A stretch of DNA of 64,000 bases from Octopus vulgaris (lineage: Eukaryota), in assembly GCA_951406725.2 (NCBI GenBank), contig OX597824.1, forward strand, positions 85,808,001-85,872,000. Direction: 5' to 3'. Both the position numbers and the translations under genes were made by a program. A model generated the notes under the pieces. That model worked only from the letters and a program-made list of their open reading frames with translations. It was not told the DNA's origin and searched no databases. Shown in pieces: positions 50,245 to 61,455 of the stretch; position 1 is the stretch's first letter; the number at the start of each line of letters is the position of its first letter.

Positions 50245-52760
50245 AAGAAATCCACGCACGCCTTGCAACGTTTGAACCAGAAGCGTGAGATGTTCAGGAT
50301 CGCGAAACAACTTGAGAGAGAGAACCGAGATGTCATTAGTGAGAAGTGTATTCAAAATGAAAATAACTCTTTACTCTTTTCTCTTTTACTCTTTTACTTG
50401 TTTCAGTCATTTGACTGCGGCCATGCTGGAGCACCGCCTTTAGTCGAGCAAATCGACCCCGGGACTTATTCTTTGTAAGCCCAGTACTTATTCTATCGGT
50501 CTCTTTTGTAGAACCGCTAAGTTGTCAAGCGATGTTGGGGGGACAAACACAGACACACAAACATATACACACACATACAGTGTTAAAAATGCACAGTAAG
50601 GTGAGTCAATGGGGGAGACAACTGACGTGGCCAGTGCTTCCCGGCCTAGTTTCCTTGAGAAGAGTATACATATATACGACAGGCTTCTTTCAGTTTCCGT
50701 CTACCAAATCCACTCACAAGGCTTTGGTCGGCCCGAGGCTTATAGCAGAAGACACTTGCCCAAGATTCCACGCAGTGGGACTGAACCTGGAACCATGTGG
50801 TTGGTTAGCAAGCTACCTACCACACATCCACTTCTGCGCCTATAAATATAGAAAGCATAGATGTGGAAGCCAAGAAAATTGCGTAGAAGTGCTTTTTATG
50901 AGAAGCTGTTGAGTGTGGAGAACTCATGGGATAAAGTAGGGTTATCTCATGTTGACGCTACAAAGAGGCCAGCAATTGAAGTTGACAGCAGTGTAGTAGA
51001 TAAGGTAATGAGGAGCATGACGAGAGGGAACGCTGTAGGTCCATCAGGGATAGTTGTGGAGATGCTGACAATATCTGGTGTGGTAGGGACATCATTACCA
51101 TTCGAACAGTTAATCAAGGTATACAAGATGTTATACCAAATGACTGACATAACAGTATCATCGGAAACTACTACAAAAGCAAAAGAGATGCCTAAGAGAG
51201 AAGCAACTCTAGAAGAATCAAATTACTAGATCGGGTTAAGAAGGTCACAGACAGAGTCTTGGCGAAATTGATTCGTGACAGGGTAGACTTAGGTGAGATG
51301 CAGTTTGGTTTCGTGTCCGGAAAATGTGCTACGGATGCAATTTTCTTATAGTGGAGGCACATGGCCTAGTGGTTAGAGCAGCGGACTCGCGGTCGAGGGA
51401 TCGCGGGTTCGAATCTCAGACCGGACGATGTGTGTGTTTATGAGCGAAACACCTAAGCTCCACGCGGCTCCGGCAGAAGGTAATGGGCGAACTTCTGCTG
51501 ACTCTTTTGCCACAACTTTCTCTCACTCTTTCCTCCTGCGTCTTACAGCTCACCTGCGATGGACTGGCGTCCTGTCCAGGTGGGGAACCTATACGCCAAG
51601 AAACCGGGAAACCGGCCCTGATAAGCCATGCATAGCTAGAGAAGGAACAAAACAAAACAAATGTTCTTACTGAGGTAAGTGGAAGGAAAATGCTTGGTTA
51701 AGAGTAAACTATTATTCCCGACACTCGTTGACTTAGAAAAGCCATTTGACATACAGTTATCTGGTGGTCACTCAAGAAACTATGTATTGACGAATAGCTT
51801 GTAATGGCTGTAGAAGCCATATATAAAAAATTCAGTAAAGTTTGAATCAACAACGACTTTAGTGATAAATTTAGTATGAGGGTTGAAGGCCATCAAAGCT
51901 CAATCTTAGTCTTCAATCTCTTCTGGTGCATCAGAGTCTCGCAGGCCATCCACGATGGAATTTAAAACTGAATCTCCATGGGAACCCCTACATCCTTATG
52001 ATCTACTCCTTGTAGTCGAATCTATAGGGAAATTAGAGAAGTTCCAAGCATTGAAGCTAAATCTAAATTCGAGAGGTCTTAAGGTAAACTTTGTAAAGAC
52101 AAAGTGTACACAGGCGCAGGAGTGGCTGTGTGGTAAGTAGCTTGTTTACCAACCACATGGTTCCGGGTTCAGTCCCACTGCGTGGCACCTTGGGCAAGTG
52201 TCTTCTACTATAGCCTCGGGCCGACCAAAGCCTTGTGAGTTGATTTGGTAGACGGAAACTGAAAGAAGCCCGTCGTATATATGTATATATATATATATGC
52301 GTGTGTGTGTTTGTGTGTCTGTGTTTGTCCACCTAGGCTTACAAAGAATAAGTCCTGGGGTCGATTTGCTCGACTAAAGGCGGTGCTCCAGCATGGCCGC
52401 AGTCAAATGACTGAAACAAGTAAAAGAGTATCCCTGCTCTTACTCTCGTCAAGGAAACTAGGCCGGGAGGCACTGGCCACGTCAATTGTCTCCCCCATTG
52501 ACTCACCTTACTGTGCATTTTTAATCCGAGATGCTATTTCTTCAAAGTCCTCTATGGTGGACACGGGAGTCAGCATGAGTATCTGGCCTTGAAAGTTTAC
52601 TTCCACCAATCCTGGTCTAAGAAAGAAGACAGGAACCCCAGGATATTTCAACAAGCAGATGACACGAGAACACTGGAATGAAATGAAGCCAGTATGCTCC
52701 GTTAGATTTACAATGTAAGTGCGCATGAACGACATAGTCCAAATGTGTTGAGAGAAAAGA
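50245..52760 (+). mobile_element. Degraded RTE-like LINE ORF2, interrupted by three SINEs
   Basis: Frameshifted pieces: MFRIAKQLERENRDV, GNAVGPSGIVVEML, DLGEMQFGFVSGKCATDAIF, LVDLEKPFD, PWE..DLLL, RGLKVNFVKTK. Confidence 0.75.
51352..51650 (+). mobile_element. SINE family 3 (tRNA-derived head GGAGGCRCATGGC.TAGTGGTTAG...GTTCGAATC); representative copy
   Basis: Pol III A and B boxes. Other copies at about 7763-8000, 33094-33510, 37246-37545, 44550-44958(-), 48563-48870, 56150-56390(-) and 59709-59960. Confidence 0.8.
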
Positions 52761-53277
52761 ACTGGAACCAGATGTAGTGTGCAAGAGAGAAAACACTTCA
52801 TTATCACTGTTTTATCTCTTTCCAGCTCCAACCAGATAATTTTCACCCTCTCTTCTAAATGTGAGGGGCCATGTGGTTCCTTTGCAGCAATAAACTTGCT
52901 CTTCCTCTTTTTTCGTACTTCAAACCCCACCATCTCTTCGCAGAGAGCAGCACCATCCCGCCCCGGTTCTCGGAGTTCGTAATCTTCCAAGTTGAAAAAA
53001 GCCTGTACATACGAAATGATCGGCGTAGAGGAAAGGAATCCAGAAGCAGGAACCACGCCAGAGTAGACACTTGAAAGATACTATAACCGAAAGAACTGCA
53101 CAGAAATGGTTTTCCAATTCACATCTCTCCACTTTCTGACTTAGAGATCTTAGTGTTTGTCACTGGCATTTGTTATCCATGATGTGTCTGAGAAAAATAC
53201 AATTTTCCATTCGAGCCATCAGATGTTTCATTTGTAGGTGCAGTTACCTCCCTTGACGGCGGCTGTTTAAAATAGCT

Positions 53278-53292
53278 CGCCACTAGATGGCG
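53278..53292 (+). promoter_or_regulatory. Candidate CTCF site (CGCCACTAGATGGCG)
   Basis: Matches the CTCF core CCACYAGRKGGCR, in a CpG-richer unique segment between the patatin cluster and RNASEK. Confidence 0.45.
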
Positions 53293-53904
53293 AAACCAGC
53301 ACTAAACTTCAGACACTCCCTCTTTCGTATCGGGACGCCCGAGAGCAAAGACATGACCTAGCTATCTCTCGCACATGAGGTTACGCAGAAGATGAACGTA
53401 GCCCTTCGCTTACGAACTCTTTCCTTTATCATTCAACTTGTGTATATTTGAGACCGAGAGTAAAGGTATTTGAAATTACAGCTTTGTTCTATGAATTCAT
53501 TGTACCGTGATCCTTTATCAAATGATATTACAGCCTTCCGAACAGAATCGTCATTAGATGACTTTACAACCTGAGAACACTACCATTGAAACATTATATT
53601 TCATGATCACACTACTCCAGTTATTGATAAAATACACACGGAGTGTGAATGTGTGGTCAAGAAGCTTGCTTTCCAGCCATGCATGTGGTCTTGGGTTCAG
53701 TCCCATTGCAAGACACCTTAGACAGGTGCCTTCGACTATATAGCCCCGGGCTGACCAAAGCATTGAGTGGATTTGATAGATGAAAGCTGAGACCAAATTT
53801 AAGCTGTTGACATAGGTTTAACATTTCGTTGTTTGACAAAAACTTCCTTGTTTAATCCTCCTCTATTTTTCAGGTATAGAGCAAACTGATTCGACAGCAG
53901 AAAT

Positions 53905-55040
53905 TCATGGAACAACAGAATCGTTCCGCCATTGTTGTTTTGCGCGCGCCGGACACCCTGCCATTAAAATTGTTTAGTTGACGAAACTTCCAAAAGCATC
54001 AGTTTATCTGTTTCTTTATTACCCACAAGGGGCTAAACACAGAGGGGACAAACAAGGACAGACAAACGGATTAAGTCGATTACATCGACCCCAGTGCGTA
54101 ACTGGTACTTAATTTATCGACCCCGAAAAGATAAAAGGCAAAGTCGACCTCGGCAGAATTTGAACTCAGAACTTAACGGCAGACGAAATACGGCTACGCA
54201 TTTCGCCCGGCGTGCTAACGTTTCTGCCAGCTCGCCGCCTTCTGTGTAAACAATTTAACGAAGAGAAAAAGATTGATAGAAAAGAACACAAGACTCGAAG
54301 TGATTCCCAGTTTCTCGCTGGCCTCAAACGCTCGATTAAAGCCAACCCATTCACATCCATGGCAAAGAAACGCAACGTGTCCCTTTCCACGGCGTCCAGA
54401 GCTGTGAACAGGAACCTTGGCATGACTAGCTGTGTTCGACGACGCTATCACCTAACAGCCAAGGCCGAAGCAATCAGAGCCGAGAGATGCCCAAAGCTTC
54501 TGTCATTCACCAAGCATCAAGGTGGGCGAGAAGTTCACTGTGGACACTGAGGTGAATCACAGAAATTCTCGAGTGATTGCATACAACCCTTTTGACGTCC
54601 CTCCTACGTTTGAGGCTAAGAATCTTACCTCTCTGATGGTATTTGGAGCTGTGGCGAGTGATGGAAGTCATGGACCCACACTTCATTAAATCTGGCTTGA
54701 AGATTGGCACAAAGGGGTATCTGGACATCCTGAAGAGCTCTTACCTTGGATGGAGCAGAATTTTGGGTTTGACAATGTGGTGTTTATTCAGGTTTCTACA
54801 CCATGCCATAGGTCAAAAGCAACACGGGCCTTCTTTGGTGGGGTGCTATTTTTTTTGTGGGCCAACATCAGGTCCAGTAATAGCCCAGATTTCGACCTTC
54901 CCCATTACTTTTTATGGAGCATACTTTAAGCAAGCACTTGAGTGTCAACAGTTTGAAGACCTACATCGTGCGTGTGACAAGTAAAATCAAAGAAGGCAGC
55001 GGGTGTGGCAGCTGCAAAAAATTTTGTTCTCATATATAGG
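53905..55040 (+). mobile_element. Degraded Tc1/mariner-superfamily (maT-like) transposase with a nested SINE
   Basis: Pieces LKRSIKANP..MAKKRNVSLSTASRAV, VASDG, GLKIGTKGYLDIL and NSPDF..YFLWSIL. SINE at 54010-54240. Confidence 0.65.
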
Positions 55041-56796
55041 CAGTAATTTCCCAAAAGGGCAGCCACGATGAGTGGTAAATGTTTCTGTTATAATAATTGG
55101 AAGAAGAGAAGGGAGGTGGGAGAGAGGGGGAGGACAGAGATGTGGGGAGAGGGGGAGGAGAGAGAGAAGGGGGACAGAGATGTGGGGAGAGATGAGAGAG
55201 AAGGGGAGAGAGAGAGCTACTCCAGCACTTGGTTCATACTCATTAGAGCCGAGAACATTGGGACAACATGAAATGAAGTGCACTGCTGAAGGACATAAAG
55301 CAGTGCCCAGTCCAGGAACGGAACCCAGGATCTGATGATCAAAAGCTCTAACCACCAGGCCATGCACCTTCACAAACTCTCATAAAGTCTGGATAATATG
55401 AAGACTCATAAAAGTGGTGAGTTGGCAGAATCATTACCACGCCGGGCAAAATGTTTGCAGGCATTTCATTCATCCTTATGTCCTGAGTTCAAATCCTGCT
55501 GAGGTTGACTTTGCATTATATTTTTTGGGGGTCGATACAATAAGTACCAGTTGAGCACCAGGGTCGACATAATTGGCTGAACCCTTCTGCTGAAGTATCT
55601 CACCTTGTACCAAAATTTAGAACCAATATGAAGACTCACAGGAAATAGATTGTTGGGGTTTTGTAGTCTGTGGCATATATTAAGGAGTGAGTTAGAGCTG
55701 TAAGAACGTAAGGTGGCAAGCTGGCAGAAATGTTAGCACGACGGGCGAAATGCTTAGCAGTATTTCGTCTGCCGTTACATTCTGAGTTCAAATTCCGCTG
55801 AGGTCGACTTTGCCTTTCATCCTTTCGGGGTCGATAAATTAAGTACCATTTACACACTGGGGTCGATTTAATCCTTTTGTCTGTACTTGTTTGTCCCCTC
55901 TATGTTTAGCCCCTTCTGGGCAATAAAGAAATAAGAGCTGTAAGAACATAGGAGAAGATAGCTTGTTGGGTATTTTTCTCAAATTCTCTGCATTCTTAGT
56001 TCAAAACTTACTGTGGACTCTAAGATCAATATCGATGATTTTATTTACAAAAACAAAAGGTGTTCAATAACCAATACAAGCCCTGCTAATAGTTCCCAGG
56101 ATAGGGGTGAACTCCATTGCTGTACTTTTACACGTCAGTTTCGGTATTCTGTTCCTTCTCAAGCCATGCCAGGCTCATAAGGGCCGGTTTCAGTGGCATA
56201 GAAATTCCCCACCTGGACGGGATGCCAGTCCATCGCAGTGTTACTCATTTTTACCAGCTGAGTGGACTGGAGCAACGTGAAATGAAGTGTTTTGCTCAAG
56301 AACACAACGCATCACCTGGTCCAGGAATTGAAACCACAACCTTACAATCATGAGTTCAACACCCTAACCACTAAGCCACGCACCTCCACAGTTTGGGTAT
56401 ATCAAGACTACTTTTCAGCATCTCCTTTTGAGAGGAGTTACGGACTAGGGTGGTCAAGATGGAGAGAATCTCCAAGGGAAAGGAAATTCCAATTTGAAAT
56501 CTTGGACAGATGGAGCTTATAAGTGTGAGCAGCAAGGCAATCATATAAGGGGAGACAACTCCAATAGAAAACCAGCTCAATTTTTTTGTGTCTGGGGAGA
56601 GTCATTTTCTTTTTGTGCCTTATAATGTAACACACTCACCAGTAAAATTTCCACTTGTTTCTTATTTTCTATTTAACATTAGGCTAATCACCTGGTCCTG
56701 AAAAAAATTCAGATTACAAACACTTCAAACACAGAAGAATAAAGAAACCAGAACACTGGAGAGGCAGTGGTTCATAATCTGTAAAGAGGAAGAAGG

Positions 56797-57203
56797 GAAC
56801 TTTTCGGTTTGAACGGCAGTTTTTTCTAGTGGTGTCATATGAAATTGTCACCCATAATTATGACCATAGTATCGATCTATTGCATTTCAATCTGTTTTAG
56901 GGTTAGGGGTGGGGGGAAGGGTATCTTTTTTTCTTCACAAATGTAAATAAACCCAATCTGTTTCTTAAACGAGAGACATATTCATATGGCACAGAATGTT
57001 TTCACCTCAATAGATGTCATTGATTGGTTGAAATCACAGAAATTAAAGAAAAAAAACAACAAATATCTTACAAACTATATAATTTTTTGAATAAAGCCAA
57101 GAGAAAAAAATGTTTTATAAACACATTCTACCAGTATACGAAGTTTAGAAGTGTTTAGTTACGTGGAAATTATTTTTAAAAACTGCCGTTCAAACCGAAA
57201 GAA
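56797..57203 (+). mobile_element. Same MITE family, downstream of RNASEK
   Basis: cttttcggtttgaacggcagtttt ... aaaactgccgttcaaaccgaaa. Confidence 0.8.
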
Positions 57204-57975
57204 GAAATAAAGAGATAGGCCAATAGTTGAGAAATGTGGAACTATGTGTGAGGTGCAACATGGAGAGAGAGAATGGAAGCTTTATGTTCCAGCTGGCTTG
57301 AAGTGGAAAGAAGGACCAATATAAGTGTGGTATGATAAATTTCAACAAATTTTATTTCAATATTAACAGGATCTCACTCCAAACAACAATTACAGAGAAA
57401 AATAAAATAACAGCATACACCCCCAGAGAAACAAAATATATATATATAAAGTAAAAAGGGGTTTGGGGTTACAAAAAATGCATTAAAATAATGCAAGGAA
57501 TGTTTGTGTTTTTTTTTTTATTATCTTCTTTCAAATCCGTTTTTACTAAAAATATTTCCATACTGAACAAAAAGAAAAGGGGGGGAAAGAAATCATTTCT
57601 ATTGCTCAATTTCAGTTTATTCAATTATCCCACGGTAATTAATCCATTCATTTGAATTAAACAATTCAGCTACCAGTTTAAATTTACAGCTAAAACTTTT
57701 CTTGACTATGAAGAAAAAACAAAAATCTGTCACACCCATACACACACACATCTAAAAATTGGGCAAGCCTTGTTGCTTATCAACATTTTACTCGGTTTGT
57801 TTTCAAGAAAATCATTTTTCCATGACTGACACAGCACAATTTTTATACACATTCTGTTTTTAAACACCATTTTCTAGTTTACAGCTTTGGTTTCCTTCAA
57901 AAGCAACCAATTCGCGAGAGGCAGGCCCAACTATTTTGTGCTCGACATCATGTAAGCTCATCGGATTTTTTTTCA

Positions 57976-58197
57976 TTAGGAGAGGACGTAACTGGCTCTG
58001 GCATTCTGTCGTTGTTGAATTACCGAGAAGATCAGCACTGCTACATAAAGTCCAGCTGCGATGAAACAATTCACGGATGCCTGCGAGTACATATTGTTGA
58101 TATAATCAGGTTTGTACTCATGAGACTCCCATTCAGAAATAGGTAGATCCTCAAAGAAGGCTGGACTTCGAATGTGTAAAAATACACCCATTAAGGA
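57976..58197 (-). CDS. RNASEK: Ribonuclease kappa (V-ATPase subunit f), last coding exon; upstream exons not found in this window
   Basis: An acceptor (tttttcag) precedes SLMGVFLHIRSPAFFEDLP...YSQASVNCFIAAGLYVAVLIFSVIQ...YVLS*, which matches the RNase K pattern (LGxF..xS..L.EDLP, NCFIAAxLY, C-terminal TM). Minus-strand AATAAA signals occur downstream, e.g. 57351-57356. Confidence 0.88.
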   Translation of the reverse strand, partial: SLMGVFLHIRSPAFFEDLPISEWESHEYKPDYINNMYSQASVNCFIAAGLYVAVLIFSVIQQRQNARASYVLS

Positions 58198-58259
58198 CTG
58201 AAAAAAATAAAAGTATAAAGATGAAACAGAAATTTATAACATCTTCCACAGACAACATA

Positions 58260-58772
58260 TCTATATACATAAAACTGTAGTTGTGTGAGTGTCTGTCCCC
58301 TTCGATTTAGATTCCTAACTATTCCCACATTTTGCGGTGCAGTTTAACCAAATTCGGGTATCTTATAGTCGTGATTCATATCGAGCCCGTCTGAGTATTA
58401 GCGCGCGTCTACGATGAGTCTACGATTTTAAAAATAATTTAACATAATTTTTTATTCCATTTTAATGCATAATTTTTCGTGTGTCGATGGCGGCGGAGTT
58501 GGCGTCCATGGTCACACCTGCACCTGTTTGCTTCTCCCCCTTCTTCCCTCTCTCGTGAAGCTGTGGGGAAGGGAGTGTAAGGAAATCAACGGCGTAAAGC
58601 GTTGTCAAGGAGACCAGCGTTCTTTTAGAACAACGACTTCATGGCTTGAAGACACCAAAACAGAAATGGCTAAGAAAGCCCGAATTGGCATCTATAAGGG
58701 AAGTAACTCTCTAAAAATGCTTATATAGTTATTTCCCTTACAAACCCGAGCAACGCTGGGCGATACTGCTAG
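58260..58772 (+). mobile_element. Non-autonomous Helitron, copy 1
   Basis: A|TC start, subterminal hairpin cccgagcaacgctggg, CTAG end. Confidence 0.75.
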
Positions 58773-59155
58773 TCTTTATATATAAAACTGTAGTTGTGTG
58801 AGTGTCTGTCCCCTTCGATTTAGATTCCTAACTACTCCCACATTTTGCGGTGCAGTTTAACCAAAACCGGGTATCTTATAGTCGTGATTCATATCGAGCC
58901 CTTCTGGGTATTAGCGCGCGTCTACGATTTTAAAAATAATTTACCATCATTTTTTTCCATTTTCATGCATATTTTTTTAAAGGGAAGTAACTCTCTAAAA
59001 ATGTCTACGATGAGTCAACGATTTTTAAAAAAATTTACCATCATATTTTTTCCATTTTTAATGCATTTTTTTGCTATATTTTGGCTATAACTCTCTTAAA
59101 ATGATGTATAGTTATTTCCCTTACAAACCCGAGCAACGCCGGGCGATACTGCTAG
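58773..59155 (+). mobile_element. Non-autonomous Helitron, copy 2 (head-to-tail with copy 1)
   Basis: TC start immediately after the copy 1 CTAG, the same 5' ~150 bp, hairpin cccgagcaacgccggg, CTAG|T end. Confidence 0.75.
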
Positions 59156-59235
59156 TATAATAATATATCTCATGCTTTTTTGCAATTTGGCAGTCCTTAC
59201 AGGGCATTTTTATATTTCTTCTTTTTTTGACCCAT

Positions 59236-59316
59236 AGCCCTGAAGAGGCTCGTATACATAGATAAGAATTTTTTATAAATTCACTACTGCATGTAAGTCG
59301 AAACAAATTGTTGGCT
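59236..59316 (+). ncRNA. Candidate type I hammerhead ribozyme (Penelope-like terminal repeat)
   Basis: AGCC-CUGAAGA-GGCU...AGUC-GAAA-CAAAUUG-UU-GGCU. Stems I, II and III pair around the conserved core. Confidence 0.5.
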
Positions 59317-59400
59317 TTATATGTGTCTTTTAAAGATTTATGTTCTCTTATAAAAAAATTTTTAGTTCATCAATTGTATTTCTCTATTTCATTTAATATT

Positions 59401-59436
<36 letters not shown>

Positions 59437-59661
59437 TATATATAGTTAGTTAATCCAAACATGAAAGCACAGAAAAACACAACAACGCAAGGACATGGAA
59501 CAACTATAGTATTATTGGACGCTCAGGAAAGAAGGAGGGTTTAACATTTCGTGCGGTGCTCTTCATCGGAAACATAGGAGAAGGAAAGATCCAGAGAAGG
59601 GAAGACAGAGGAAAAAAAAAAAAATCGACAATGGTACACACGCGGCCACATTTTGAATCCA

Positions 59662-59695
<34 letters not shown>

Positions 59696-61183
59696 TAGAT
59701 ATATCTGTGTGGAGGCGCATGGCTTAGTGGTTTGGGTGTCGGGCACCATGATCGTAAGATTGTGGTTTCAGTTCCTGGACCGGGTGGCGCGTTGTGTTCT
59801 TGAGCAAAGCACTTCATTTCATGTTGATCCAGTCCACTCAGCTGGCAAAAATGAGTAACGCTGTGATGGACTGGCGTCCCATTCAGCGGGGGAACACATA
59901 TGCCATTGAAACCGGGAAAACTGGGCCCATGAGTCTGGCTAGGCATTAAAAAGGGCACATTTATTTTTTATATATATCTGTGGCTTTGTCTCCCTCATCA
60001 CCACTCAACAACCAGTGTTGGTGTGTTTATGTCCCTATAACTTAGCAGTTCAGCAAAAGACACTGCTCTAATAAATACCACTTCTTAAAAAAAAAAAAAT
60101 GGCATACTGGGGTCGATTCCTTTGACTAAATTTTTAACACGGTGCCCCAGCATGGCCACAATCTAGTGACTGAAACAAATCATCGCTTAATGTCCGCTTT
60201 CCATGCTAGCATGGGTTAGACGAATGACTGAGGGCTGGAGAACTAGATGGCTGCACCAGGTTTCAATCTTGATCTGGCAGTTTCTACAGCTGGATGCCCT
60301 TCCTAACACCAACCACCCCGAAAGTATAGTGGGTGCTTTTACGTGCCACCGGCATGGGGCCAGTCAGGCGGTACTGGCAATGACCTCACTCGAATCTTTT
60401 ACACATGCCACCGGCACAGGTGCCAGTAAGGCGATACTGGTGTGCGTGGCATAATCGCTAGAGTATTTGGCTCATCATTGTATGGTTGTGAGTTCAATTC
60501 CTGATCGTGTGTTCTATCCTTGAGCAAGATACTTTACTTCTTGTGGCTCTAGTCAACTCAGCTGGCAAAAATGAGCATCTGTATTCAATTTGAGTACCCA
60601 GAACACAAGTACTTAAAAACGAGTACCTATATTAAAACCTGGTACTTATTCTGAAGGTCTCTTCTGCCAAACTACTAACCTATGGGGGATGTAAACACAC
60701 CAACATGATTCTCAAACAGTGTAGTGGGTGACAAACACAGACACAAACACAAGCACAGACACACATATATGACAGGCTTTCTTCAGTTTCCACCTACCAA
60801 ATCCATTCACAAGTCTTAGTTCTTTACTGCCTACAAGGAGCTACACACAAAGGGGACAAACAAGGACAGGCAAATGGATTAAGTGCGTAACTGGTACTTA
60901 TTTAATCGACCCCGAAAGGATGAAAGGCAAAGTCGATCTCGGTGGAATTTGAACTCAGAAAGTAGTGGCAGACAAAATATAGCTAAGCATTTCGCCCAGC
61001 GTGCTAACGTTTCTGCCAACTCACCGCCGTGCCATTCACAAATCTTAGTTGGCCCAAGGCTATAGCAGAACACATCTGCCAAAGTGTCACACACTGGGAT
61101 TGAACCCGAGACCGTGTGGGGGGAGAGCAAGTTTCTTACCCCACAGCTATGCCTGCATCTATATATATATATATATATATATA

Positions 61184-61455
61184 ATTGCAGCATGGGAGGT
61201 GTTTATAAGCCATTTAAGAAATACACAAACTCCGTTCGATACACTTCAACATTTAAGTTTAATTTCTCAAAATATTTTCATTGCTTTGAGACCGCGACCT
61301 GTTCACTGACAATTTTTCACGGAATTTTGTCAGTGAATAGGTCACGGTCTTAAAGCGACGAAAATATTTTGACAAATTAAATTTAAATGTTGAAGTGAAT
61401 CTAACGGATTTTGTGTGTTTCTTAAATGGCTTATAAACACCTTCCATGCTGCAAT
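61184..61455. repeat. ~270-bp fold-back palindrome flanked by (TA)n; one arm also at 17435-17563
   Basis: attgcagcatgggaggtgtttataagccatttaagaaa ... tttcttaaatggcttataaacaccttccatgctgcaat, centred near 61318. Confidence 0.85.

Noticed and set aside
52508-53056. 182-aa minus-strand ORF as a gene
   Set aside because: Its 3' half is antisense to the degraded LINE and an inserted segment. It has a non-ATG start and no recognisable motif.
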